Shown here: piece by piece, positions 8,350 through 17,628 of the stretch
Numbering within the stretch: the first letter of the stretch is position 1
Layout of the letters: each line of letters opens with the position of its first letter
From: a virus
Direction: 5' to 3' (one strand)
IMG/VR virus record: IMGVR_UViG_3300000117_000007
DNA: 64,000 nucleotides
The notes under the pieces: generated by a model
Databases searched by the model: none
What the model was told of the DNA's origin: nothing
What the model saw: only the letters and a program-made list of their open reading frames with translations
Position numbers and translations under genes: made by a program

Positions 8350-9930
8350 ATGAAACCAGATTACGAAACCACCCTTGCTCAATTAAAAGACCTAGACAAA
8401 GGCGATAAGACTTATGTACATCTAGGCAGTTTTGATGCTGATAAAGAGTATAAAGAAACAGATGCATATAAACTATTGAAGTATGTCTTTGAGAATAAAT
8501 TAGATTCACTTAAACGTGTGAAATGGAAAGACATATCAAAACTGCAAAGTACTAGACTAGGCAAATTTGGCGATCAAATGAAATTGAATAGTTATGGTAT
8601 GATGCAACATCAATCATATATCTACAATCATTATCTTCCATTTGGTTACACACAAATAATGGATCCTGAAAGAAATATTAAGGGTCAGATGATTATGGAT
8701 TTTATGAATCATGATGGAGAATATGAAAGTCTTGCTAAGTATTCTAACTTCGAAGGATTGACATGTGATCAAAATACAGACTATGTGAGAGATCAATTAG
8801 GAAGTTTCTATTATCATGCGGCCAAAGGTCACTGGTTAATTCACAATTTACAGAAAGAGGGATTGTGGTTTCCAATTCAAGGACAGATCAATAAGAATGG
8901 TGACAGTGCTAGTTTACAAATACACCCAGGTTCTATACGTACTCCAGTATTTGAGTTATTGAATGATGATAATTTAGAAGTTCTTTTATACAATGACAAA
9001 GATATGTTTCCAGATGTTGCACCATTAGAACTAGATGAATACTTAGAACAGATAATAGAAGAAGTAGATATTCATGGATCACATTCTAATATATCTTTTG
9101 CTTACAGTATGGGTTATATTGAAACTAATTTAAGTCTTCAATCTAAAAGAGATTTCAGAAAAGAAGTATACGACTTCAATAAAAAAGTTAGTGAACAAGT
9201 TAAAGGTAAAAGAGTAACTATCTACATTGGTTATGATAGTCGTCATTCTAATTTAGCAGAGCAAAGTAAAGCATTGATAGAAAGAATGATTGAAAAGAAT
9301 ACTTCATGTTTGGGTGGCGTAAACACGTCTGACCCAATCAAAGCAGTATCAGACTGGAAACCAGAAGTTAAACTTTTAGATATATCAAAAATACCAGAGT
9401 ATACTAGAGAGTATGCTAATCAATCAACAGAATTTACATATAGTAGATTTCTTATCCCTCATTTAGAAAATTATGAAGGGTATAGTATATTCGTAGACGA
9501 TGACTACATCTTTAGAAAGTCTATACTACCATTCTTTTTATTTTTAAATCCCGACGATGCAGTAGCATGTGTTCAATATGATTTTGATAATCATGGCGAG
9601 ACAAAGTTTGATGGAGAAAAGAACGTTTCTTATCCTAAAAAACTATGGTCAAGTTTCATGGTATTCAATAACGGACACGAAGACTGTAAAAAACTAACAC
9701 CAGAAACTGTAAACTCAGAATCTGGTAAGTATCTACATCAATTTGAGTGGACAGATAAGATCAGTAAAATACCAGACTTTCATTTTGTGACAGAAGGGTA
9801 TGATCACTTAGATGATAAACCACAAGCATTTGCGATACATTATACACGTGGTGGTCCATGGATAAAAGACATGGATACCAGCAACATAAATATGTTAAAC
9901 ATATATGATATGTTAACAGACACCGATTAG
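8350..9930 (+). CDS. glycosyltransferase (GT-A fold, C-terminal) fused to an unknown, possibly ParB-like, N-terminal domain
   Basis: IYIGYD, STEFTYSRFL, VDDD (DxD), YPKKLWSS, LHQFEW and HYTRGGPW motifs typical of phage GT8-like glycosyltransferases. Confidence 0.75.
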   Translation: MKPDYETTLAQLKDLDKGDKTYVHLGSFDADKEYKETDAYKLLKYVFENKLDSLKRVKWKDISKLQSTRLGKFGDQMKLNSYGMMQHQSYIYNHYLPFGYTQIMDPERNIKGQMIMDFMNHDGEYESLAKYSNFEGLTCDQNTDYVRDQLGSFYYHAAKGHWLIHNLQKEGLWFPIQGQINKNGDSASLQIHPGSIRTPVFELLNDDNLEVLLYNDKDMFPDVAPLELDEYLEQIIEEVDIHGSHSNISFAYSMGYIETNLSLQSKRDFRKEVYDFNKKVSEQVKGKRVTIYIGYDSRHSNLAEQSKALIERMIEKNTSCLGGVNTSDPIKAVSDWKPEVKLLDISKIPEYTREYANQSTEFTYSRFLIPHLENYEGYSIFVDDDYIFRKSILPFFLFLNPDDAVACVQYDFDNHGETKFDGEKNVSYPKKLWSSFMVFNNGHEDCKKLTPETVNSESGKYLHQFEWTDKISKIPDFHFVTEGYDHLDDKPQAFAIHYTRGGPWIKDMDTSNINMLNIYDMLTDTD

Positions 9931-9934
9931 TCTA

Positions 9935-9963
9935 TTGACTAATCAATACATTTGGAGTATAAT
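9935..9963 (+). promoter_or_regulatory. sigma70-type promoter
   Basis: TTGACT-N17-TATAAT upstream of ATG 9973. Confidence 0.65.
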
Positions 9964-9972
9964 TAAAAGATT

Positions 9973-10524
9973 ATGAATATGTTTATATACGATGAAAATG
10001 GAAATCTAACTATTCGAAAAGAGAGTGGTTTAGAATACTCATTTGACAATACAGATAAACCAGTCCTTGGTTTTGACTACGATGTACTAATCTATGATGA
10101 AATAGAAGTTAAGATTACTAATTGGGAAGAGGGTAAACACTTTGACGATCAAGTCAAACAGAACCTAACTCCTGAAGAATGTGATTCTATTGAGTTGTAT
10201 ATTAAGAACTCAGAACCACCTATGGGGTTCTCATTGAATCAACAACTATCAGAGAGATTGAATATGGCATGTAAGGATTACATTGTCCAAGCAATTCAAG
10301 AATATGGTTTTACTGATTTAACAGAGATCACTTATGCTGGTCGTGAAGGTTCAAATCACCCTCTAAGATCAGATGCTAGATATTGCTTAGATTATTGTGA
10401 TACTGTTTGGGGTGTTTATATGAATATTGTTGAAGAAATTAGAAACACTAGAGAAGATACACTAAAAAGTTTCGAAGAGTATCTTGCACCAATTCCTGGT
10501 GCTTCACGGAACTTAATGAGATAA
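9973..10524 (+). CDS. putative tail-fibre assembly chaperone-like protein
   Basis: C-terminal YGFTDL..ITYAG..NHPLRSDA...LDYCDTVW resembles DUF4376-type fibre-associated proteins; lies after fibre genes. Confidence 0.45.
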   Translation: MNMFIYDENGNLTIRKESGLEYSFDNTDKPVLGFDYDVLIYDEIEVKITNWEEGKHFDDQVKQNLTPEECDSIELYIKNSEPPMGFSLNQQLSERLNMACKDYIVQAIQEYGFTDLTEITYAGREGSNHPLRSDARYCLDYCDTVWGVYMNIVEEIRNTREDTLKSFEEYLAPIPGASRNLMR

Positions 10525-11225
10525 TGCAGTGTCGTCCGCTTGACGAACCTATCGAACAGTTAAGTGTTGAATATATAGATCAACCATTTCAAATATCAGA
10601 ACTACCTTTAGATAGAGTATACGTCTTAGATAACTATTTGCCATTGACCGTATGGCGAAAGATGGATCAGTTATGTACAGATAATATGATCTGGTCTAAA
10701 ACAAATCAAGTTGGTTCACAAAGTCCTACAGGATTACCTTCTCATAGTTTTTGGGGTTCAAGTATTTTTCAAAAGAATAGACGACCTGATACTATCAATT
10801 CAGGCGTAATTCATTTCATGGATATCATCGACAAGAAGATTCAAAATGATTTTGGATTTGAGTGGTTAAGATTTCAATATATGGGTTTAAATTCACAGAC
10901 AGCAGGTTGTCATGGTACAACTCATTCAGATTGTGATAAAGATGATGTTTGGAATTTATCGTTTCTTTTTTACTATAATAGTTTTTGGAATCCAGCATGG
11001 GGTGGTAGTTTAAGATTTTATGACTCACCTCAACAAGGATTAGATGGTCGTGATGAACACATAGAGAATCATCAACTCGCAGAAGTTGAATTCAAACCAA
11101 ATAGATTGCTTATGTTTGATGGTAGAATACCACACGGAGCAGATGCACCCAAAGAACGTGCCAGATATATGGACAGAAGGTCGTTAGTTTTGAGGGGCGA
11201 TGAAGTAAAACTCACTCATGTATAA
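10524..11225 (+). CDS. 2OG-Fe(II) oxygenase (prolyl-hydroxylase-like)
   Basis: HxD (THSD), WNPAWGGSLRF, FKPNRLLMFDGRIPH and distal Arg. Confidence 0.85.
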   Translation: MQCRPLDEPIEQLSVEYIDQPFQISELPLDRVYVLDNYLPLTVWRKMDQLCTDNMIWSKTNQVGSQSPTGLPSHSFWGSSIFQKNRRPDTINSGVIHFMDIIDKKIQNDFGFEWLRFQYMGLNSQTAGCHGTTHSDCDKDDVWNLSFLFYYNSFWNPAWGGSLRFYDSPQQGLDGRDEHIENHQLAEVEFKPNRLLMFDGRIPHGADAPKERARYMDRRSLVLRGDEVKLTHV

Positions 11226-11781
11226 AGTAGTAGACAGTCAGTTCATAATCGATAATCATGCAGAGTTAGAGTACACTGCAACACAAATATGTAAACAGTA
11301 TATGCCCTTTCTAAGTCAAGATGAATATGCAGGTACATTTAAAAAGGGTGGTGGAGACTATACAGAAAATCACGATACATATAATATATGGTCACTACTT
11401 AGAGATTTTAAAATTTGGCAACCAGTATATGAAGAAGTCACTGATACTATAAAAAGTTGCTATGACGGTCCGAGTGATTATCTTTATCTAAAATCATGGA
11501 TCAATTATAGTGAGGGTAAAGAGTTATTAGGTTGGCATGGTCATAATTGTAAGTTACATGGATATGTTTCAATAACTCCTCATAAAACTACTACTGAGTT
11601 TGAAAGATTTGAAGTAGAAAATAAAATCGGTAGAATTTATGTAGGACCAGGTATATATTTACATAGAGTAAATATTGTTAAACCATTTACAGGAAAAAGA
11701 ATAACAATTGGTTTTGATGTATATGACAACGTAGATCATTCTAGAAGACCGCTAAATACAATACCAATAAGAGTACACTAA
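11218..11781 (+). CDS. putative 2OG-Fe(II) oxygenase
   Basis: WIN...WHGH...HGY...HRV...RITIGFD double-stranded beta-helix motif set; paralog of 62837-63454. Confidence 0.65.
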   Translation: MYKVVDSQFIIDNHAELEYTATQICKQYMPFLSQDEYAGTFKKGGGDYTENHDTYNIWSLLRDFKIWQPVYEEVTDTIKSCYDGPSDYLYLKSWINYSEGKELLGWHGHNCKLHGYVSITPHKTTTEFERFEVENKIGRIYVGPGIYLHRVNIVKPFTGKRITIGFDVYDNVDHSRRPLNTIPIRVH

Positions 11782-12683
11782 TGCCACATATAGATTTCAT
11801 AACAAACAGTAAAGATACACTTAGAGATTTCAAACCAGTTCTTGCAAAATCTATTATGCCCGAATGGTGGAAGAAAGGAAAAATTGATCAGTATATACGT
11901 GGTGAATTTGTTCAAACTATCAGAGCATGTCCTGCCATGGACGATTGGACTAAATCAGGATATTACATCGTAGCAAATAGAGACTTTAAAATTCTTGCTG
12001 GTGAAGAAAGAATACATGAAGAAGCAAATACTATTGGTGCTTTAGATACATCAGGACATTTGTATGAATCACAGTCACACCCTAAAGATCAGATGTTTAA
12101 TACATTTGAATATCTAGGCGATGATGGACCAGTTAAAGATGCATTTAAAATGAGAAATCCATGGAACGTCAAAACACCTCCTGGTTATTCGACTTTATAC
12201 TTAGACCCGTTCTTATTTCAAGGAAGAGCATTTGCGGCATGGCAAGGCATTATAGATACTGATAAGATGCATGTCAATCAAGACAACGCACAGATAATAT
12301 TTTATCCAAGATTCAATACAAGTTTTACAATTAAAAAGGGTACACCTTTAGTTCAATGTATTCCATTTAAAAGAGAAGAGTGGCATGCATCTTTTCAATA
12401 TCAAGACCCTAAAACATTTCATGAAAATAGATCTGGTCCTAAAGAACATGGTGGAATATCTAACGAAGATGTATTGTCAGTAGATTATTGGAATAGATGT
12501 GGTAGATACGACCAAGATGTTATGGACGGAAAAACTCAGAGAGATGAAAGAAAAAAAGGCACTATGAAAATGGGTCCTTATAGAACTGAAGGTTATTGGA
12601 CAGAAAAGTCAAAGTTCTTTAAGACTATGGAAGAAGTTACACCACCACCTGAGTGTCCTATGCACAAGAGTGAGGAAGAATAA
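11781..12683 (+). CDS. conserved phage protein (DUF6065-like, often beside oxygenases)
   Basis: PEWWK, TIRACPAM, NPWNVKTPPGYS, GIIDTD and IKKGTPLVQCIPFKR motifs. Confidence 0.55.
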   Translation: MPHIDFITNSKDTLRDFKPVLAKSIMPEWWKKGKIDQYIRGEFVQTIRACPAMDDWTKSGYYIVANRDFKILAGEERIHEEANTIGALDTSGHLYESQSHPKDQMFNTFEYLGDDGPVKDAFKMRNPWNVKTPPGYSTLYLDPFLFQGRAFAAWQGIIDTDKMHVNQDNAQIIFYPRFNTSFTIKKGTPLVQCIPFKREEWHASFQYQDPKTFHENRSGPKEHGGISNEDVLSVDYWNRCGRYDQDVMDGKTQRDERKKGTMKMGPYRTEGYWTEKSKFFKTMEEVTPPPECPMHKSEEE

Positions 12684-13390
12684 TGAGTACAGTACACTAT
12701 CTATTTCCTAGTTTTGTTTTTGAAAGAGATTTCTTAGGCAGACATCAACATGTCGAACCATCTATGAACGAAGACTACTTCGAGCAGTTAAAAAATGAAA
12801 TCGATTCTATGAGAAAGAAAGATCCAGTTGGTAGAAGAGTTTCAAATGCATATACAGGTTGGCAATCACATGATGGTTGCGATAATAATCCTGCTTTTAT
12901 CAAATGTATAAGATCAATCAAACGTATGATGAGAGACGAAGTAATGTTGCACTTAGGTGTAAAGAGTGGGTTTCAAGTAGAGTTTCATAATTGTTGGGCA
13001 AACATAAACGATAATATGGCATGGAATAGACCACATTTACACAATGGTTGCTTTATGAGTGGTGTCTTATATATTAAAGCAGATGGTGATGAAGGAAACT
13101 TCAGTGCAATCGATACAGATGCAAGAGTTGTTGGTGCCCATCCTGTCATGCCAAAAATGAAAGAGTCAGTACAGTTTCAACCTAGAACTGGTACGATGTA
13201 TTTATTTCCTAGTGGGTTGATGCATATGGTCGAACCTAATCTAACTGATAAAGATAGATACAGTATATCTTTTAACATGAATGTTGTTCAGAATAATTTA
13301 AAGATTGGCAGTGTCGACGAGAACGATTTTACTGAAGATAATCATAGTTTATCATGGGAATTAGACGAGCAGGGCAAACTGATTATCTAA
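12683..13390 (+). CDS. 2OG-Fe(II) oxygenase (TIGR02466-like)
   Basis: WANIN..NRPHLH, SGVLY, LFPSGLMHMVEPN, RYSISFN. Confidence 0.85.
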   Translation: MSTVHYLFPSFVFERDFLGRHQHVEPSMNEDYFEQLKNEIDSMRKKDPVGRRVSNAYTGWQSHDGCDNNPAFIKCIRSIKRMMRDEVMLHLGVKSGFQVEFHNCWANINDNMAWNRPHLHNGCFMSGVLYIKADGDEGNFSAIDTDARVVGAHPVMPKMKESVQFQPRTGTMYLFPSGLMHMVEPNLTDKDRYSISFNMNVVQNNLKIGSVDENDFTEDNHSLSWELDEQGKLII

Positions 13391-13399
13391 ATAGTTACT

Positions 13400-13660
13400 A
13401 TGGAAATAGTAGTAGATGCACACATTGTCTGGAACTTAATACTCACTTGTATATTTTTACCAATGGGGTTCTTGGTACGTTCAGTACTAGCAGAACAAAA
13501 AAGACTAGACATATTAGTTAACAAGACTAGAGAAGAGATTGCTAAAGAGTACGTTACAAGAGAGCAACTCGAAAAAGACTTACAGAAACTTATCGACACT
13601 ATGGAAAGAATCGACGAGAAGTTAGATAAACTACAGACCAAAACATATTTCCAAGACTAG
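13400..13660 (+). CDS. small membrane protein with C-terminal coiled coil
   Basis: One hydrophobic N-terminal segment and a YVTREQLEKD coiled coil; CTAAATA just upstream. Confidence 0.6.
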   Translation: MEIVVDAHIVWNLILTCIFLPMGFLVRSVLAEQKRLDILVNKTREEIAKEYVTREQLEKDLQKLIDTMERIDEKLDKLQTKTYFQD

Positions 13661-13672
13661 ACTCCCAAAACA

Positions 13673-13680
13673 TATAAATA
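13673..13680 (+). promoter_or_regulatory. T4-type late promoter
   Basis: TATAAATA upstream of the neck genes. Confidence 0.75.
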
Positions 13681-13705
13681 GTAGTATTAGACAGGAAATA
13701 CTACT

Positions 13706-14521
13706 ATGGCAAAACCAACCACTAGAGCAGAATTAAAAGAATACATCAAAAGAAAACTTGGTGCTCCTGTACTTGAAATCAACGTTGATGATGATCAGTT
13801 AGATGATAGAGTAGACGAAGCATTACAGTATTTCTATACGTACCATTATGATGGTACTATGAAAGTGTATCTAAAGCATTTAATTACATCGACTAAAAAA
13901 GAGACTATGAAGACCAACGAAACGTTCACAGAGAACGCCGCTGGTACTCATGCGTATACAGACGAACAAGTATTGCAACAACAAAACTATGTTGTCTTGC
14001 CAGATTTTGTAACTGCCGTAGTCAACATCTTTCCATTTCACGATAAAAATAATTTAAACATGTTCGATCTTAGATATCAATTAAGATTGAATGACCTCTA
14101 TGATCTAACAGCAACAAATATTCTATATTACGAACAAGTTCAACAACACATCTCATTGATGGATAGAATGTTAGTTGGTAGACAACCAATTAGATATAAT
14201 CAACACATGAATAGATTATACTTAGATTTAGATGTTGACTCTATTTCAGATGATGAGTACATACTAATTGAATGTTATAGAAAGATAGACCCGACAACAT
14301 TTACAGATGTATACGATGATATGTGGTTAAAGAAATATGCTACAGCATTAGTCAAGTATCAATGGGGTGAAAACTTAAGTAAGTTCCAAGGTATAGCATT
14401 ACCAGGTGGGGTTACACTAGATGCTTCACAAATGAAACAGGAAGCACAGGAAGAAATTCAAAGATTAGAAGAAGAGTCAAGACTGAATCATGAAATGCCA
14501 GTTCTTGATATGATAGGTTAA
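13706..14521 (+). CDS. gp13: neck protein gp13
   Basis: RKLGAPVLEINVDDDQ and WLKKYATAL..QWG.NL.KF.G..LPGGVTL motifs. Confidence 0.95.
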   Translation: MAKPTTRAELKEYIKRKLGAPVLEINVDDDQLDDRVDEALQYFYTYHYDGTMKVYLKHLITSTKKETMKTNETFTENAAGTHAYTDEQVLQQQNYVVLPDFVTAVVNIFPFHDKNNLNMFDLRYQLRLNDLYDLTATNILYYEQVQQHISLMDRMLVGRQPIRYNQHMNRLYLDLDVDSISDDEYILIECYRKIDPTTFTDVYDDMWLKKYATALVKYQWGENLSKFQGIALPGGVTLDASQMKQEAQEEIQRLEEESRLNHEMPVLDMIG

Positions 14522-14523
14522 TT

Positions 14524-15375
14524 ATGCCAACAAATGTATTTTTCAACCATGCAGTAAATACTGAGCAACATCTTTATGAAGATATTGTTGTTGAGTCTTT
14601 AAGAATGTATGGCCATGATTTGTATTATCTACCAAGAGAGATAATCGAAGAAGATTCTATATTGAATGAAGATGTTCAATCTAGATTTGGCGATGCATAC
14701 TCAGTTGAGATGTACATTGAAAACACAGATGGTTTCGAAGGCGAAGGCGATCTTATGTCAAAGTTTGGCGTACAGATAAGAGACCAAGCAACATTCATTA
14801 TCTCTCTCAGATCATGGGAAAGATTTATCTCATTGGATACTAATCTTGCATCATCACTTAGACCAAACGAAGGCGATCTGATCTATTTCCCTTTGTCTGG
14901 CGGGTTATTTGAGATTAAGTTTGTAGAACATGAAGACCCGTTCTATCAAGTAGGAAAACTATTTGTGTTCAAACTAAGATGTGAATTGTTCGAATACAGT
15001 GGTGAAGATTTCGATACAGATATTGCAGTGATCGACCAAGTAGAAGATGAACAAGCATATACAATTAGTATGACTATGGGTGCTGGTTCAGGTAACTATG
15101 CAGTAAACGAAAATGTTAAACTCAATGGTTCTGTAGTTGGTGAAGTTGTCAGATGGGTAGACAATGGTAATAAGTTAACAATTAAAGATAATGCTCAAAC
15201 TCTTGCAGTAGATGATACACTTGTTGGAGATTTATCTGAAGCATCGTATGTAATTAGTAGCATCGATGATACTATGACATTTGAAAATGATGGATCAGCA
15301 CAGAACAAAGACTTTGAAGACAAAGACTCTTCATACTTAGACTTAAGTGAAGTGAATCCATTTGGAGAACCATAA
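14524..15375 (+). CDS. gp14: neck protein gp14
   Basis: RPNEGDLIYFP, FEIKFVEHEDPFYQ.GK and C-terminal NPFG. Confidence 0.95.
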   Translation: MPTNVFFNHAVNTEQHLYEDIVVESLRMYGHDLYYLPREIIEEDSILNEDVQSRFGDAYSVEMYIENTDGFEGEGDLMSKFGVQIRDQATFIISLRSWERFISLDTNLASSLRPNEGDLIYFPLSGGLFEIKFVEHEDPFYQVGKLFVFKLRCELFEYSGEDFDTDIAVIDQVEDEQAYTISMTMGAGSGNYAVNENVKLNGSVVGEVVRWVDNGNKLTIKDNAQTLAVDDTLVGDLSEASYVISSIDDTMTFENDGSAQNKDFEDKDSSYLDLSEVNPFGEP

Positions 15376-16424
15376 TGTTCGGAACATATTTTTACAATGA
15401 AACTATAAAAAGGTGTGTATCAGTATTTGGTACATGCTTTAATAATCTCACATATAAAAAAATTAAAGGAGATGGTACTGTTCTAGCAGAGAACAGAGTA
15501 CCTATTTCATATGGTCCTGGTCATGCATATCTAAGAAGACTAAGAGAAGAACCAGACTTATCAGATAAGAATAGAACAGCAATCAGTCTACCTAGAATGG
15601 CATTTCAATTGATGGGTTTTACATATGATCAGCAAAGACAACAAAACAAATTAATTAAGACAAATAAAACGTCACTTGAAACAACAGGGACTAGTAGAAA
15701 GTTTCAATACGCACCTGCACCATATGATTTAGAATTTGAATTGTCAATTCTAGCATACAATCAAAATGATGCTTTACAAATTATAGAACAAATTTTACCT
15801 TACTTTCAACCAGAATACACAGTTACTATGAAGATGATCGATGACTTAACAGAAGTCAGAGATGTGCCTATCGTTTTAACAGGTGTATCGATGAATGATG
15901 ATTATGAAGGTGACTTCGAGACACGAAGAACTATTGAATATACTATGAACTTTACTATGAAGACATACTTCTTTGGACCTATCTATACAGGTAATATCAT
16001 TAGAAACGTTATCGAAAGAGACTACATTAATGATAGTTCAGGTCAATTCACTACATCACAAATTGATGAATCTGGTCTTGTTAAAGAAGTTAAACATTAT
16101 GAACCTGCCTTTGGCGAGTTATGTAATCCAGTAGAAAACTCACAAACAATCACTTTCCCAACTGCTATAAATAGTAAGATAAGTGTTGATGATGAAGTGT
16201 TCTATACGGGATATGAGGGAACTAACCCCCTAGTCTCTAGCATTGCAAGTGATAGATTGTCTATTACTATTAATCAAAACGTAACTATAGATAATGCTAA
16301 GACACTTATGTTTGTTGGTTCAGTAGATCCATCAGACACGTTTGTTGTAGCAGAACAAGTATCCTTCTCAAACGAAGCAGGATTTACAACATACGCAGAA
16401 GATAAAGTTAGTGACGCCAGTTAA
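15375..16424 (+). CDS. gp15: tail sheath stabilizer/terminator gp15
   Basis: MFGTYFYNETI, VPISYGP, LPRMAF and EQILPYFQP motifs. Confidence 0.93.
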   Translation: MFGTYFYNETIKRCVSVFGTCFNNLTYKKIKGDGTVLAENRVPISYGPGHAYLRRLREEPDLSDKNRTAISLPRMAFQLMGFTYDQQRQQNKLIKTNKTSLETTGTSRKFQYAPAPYDLEFELSILAYNQNDALQIIEQILPYFQPEYTVTMKMIDDLTEVRDVPIVLTGVSMNDDYEGDFETRRTIEYTMNFTMKTYFFGPIYTGNIIRNVIERDYINDSSGQFTTSQIDESGLVKEVKHYEPAFGELCNPVENSQTITFPTAINSKISVDDEVFYTGYEGTNPLVSSIASDRLSITINQNVTIDNAKTLMFVGSVDPSDTFVVAEQVSFSNEAGFTTYAEDKVSDAS

Positions 16425-16439
16425 GGCATTGAAATAATT

Positions 16440-16853
16440 ATGGAAAATGTAGATCAAAAACTGAACGATATCATGGGTATCGAATCAGAAATCAAAACAG
16501 AGACAGCAGAAGTAGTCAAGAAAGTACCTGTGAGAGCAGATAATATTGAAACAGACTATAGATATGCTAGAGAAAATCTGTACTCTCTTGTCGAAAGAGG
16601 ACAAGATGCTATTGATGGCATCTTAGAACTATCAAAAGAAACTGAACACCCTAGAGCATATGAAGTCGCAGGGCAATTAATTAAAACTGTTTCAGATACA
16701 GCAGAGAAACTTATTGATCTACAGAAGAAACTTAAGGATATAGAAGGTGAGTCTCAAGTAAAGACTCAACACAATCATCTATATGTTGGTTCAACATCTG
16801 AACTCCAAAAGTTTTTGAAGAAGTCTAAAAAAAATGAAACTGAAGAAACCTGA
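16440..16853 (+). CDS. gp16: terminase small subunit gp16
   Basis: DYRYARENL, HPRAYEVAGQLIK and GSTSELQK motifs. Confidence 0.93.
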   Translation: MENVDQKLNDIMGIESEIKTETAEVVKKVPVRADNIETDYRYARENLYSLVERGQDAIDGILELSKETEHPRAYEVAGQLIKTVSDTAEKLIDLQKKLKDIEGESQVKTQHNHLYVGSTSELQKFLKKSKKNETEET

Positions 16854-17628
16854 TAAAGAAGATTTATATTTCTCAATACCACACTTTGAACTCTGGCACT
16901 CAGTGTTCGATGCTGAAAGAACTCATGCTTACGAAGAGTGGATAAAAAACAACGTCAAAGATAAGGTTGTTATCGATCTAGGATCGGGAAGTGGTATATT
17001 ATGCTATCTTGCATGGAAATATGGTGCAAAGAAAGTGTATGGTATAGAACTAGGCAAAGAACGTGCCGAAATGTCTAGACGTATATTACCAGACGATATA
17101 GAAATAATTACTGGTGATATAGAAACTCATGAACTACCAGAATGTGATATCTATCTACATGAAAACTTCTCATCTAACTTAGTAGCAGAGATTGGTGTGT
17201 TCATAACTGAGAGAGCAGTGAAAGAGGGATGGGCAGACAAAATATATCCTAACATGATGACATTATATGATGTTGATATTATTGAAGAAGAAAGACTACA
17301 AACAAAAATCGATCCAAATACCTATGAAGGTGGAACACAAGAGTTTATAGAATTACTTGAACTAGAAGGTGTATTACCAGATAAATTTGGCACTAGATTA
17401 AATACTAATATTAAAATTAATTCTAAGGTATGGGAAGGTAAATTCATAGATTTATATAATGACTACGGTCCTGCACTAACTAGACCAGACTTAAATTATC
17501 TGGGTTGGGAATCATCTTTTGATGGCAAACATATTATAACAAACTTTAGTGGAAAAGAAACACACTGGAACATACACAAATGGCGTAAAAGATTAACATC
17601 TTTTTCACCAGATGGTGCTGAAGAATAA
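16834..17628 (+). CDS. SAM-dependent methyltransferase, PRMT-like
   Basis: Motif I VIDLGSGSGIL, GAKKVYGIE, a double-E-like HENFSSNLVAE and a C-terminal THW. Confidence 0.8.
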   Translation: MKLKKPDKEDLYFSIPHFELWHSVFDAERTHAYEEWIKNNVKDKVVIDLGSGSGILCYLAWKYGAKKVYGIELGKERAEMSRRILPDDIEIITGDIETHELPECDIYLHENFSSNLVAEIGVFITERAVKEGWADKIYPNMMTLYDVDIIEEERLQTKIDPNTYEGGTQEFIELLELEGVLPDKFGTRLNTNIKINSKVWEGKFIDLYNDYGPALTRPDLNYLGWESSFDGKHIITNFSGKETHWNIHKWRKRLTSFSPDGAEE

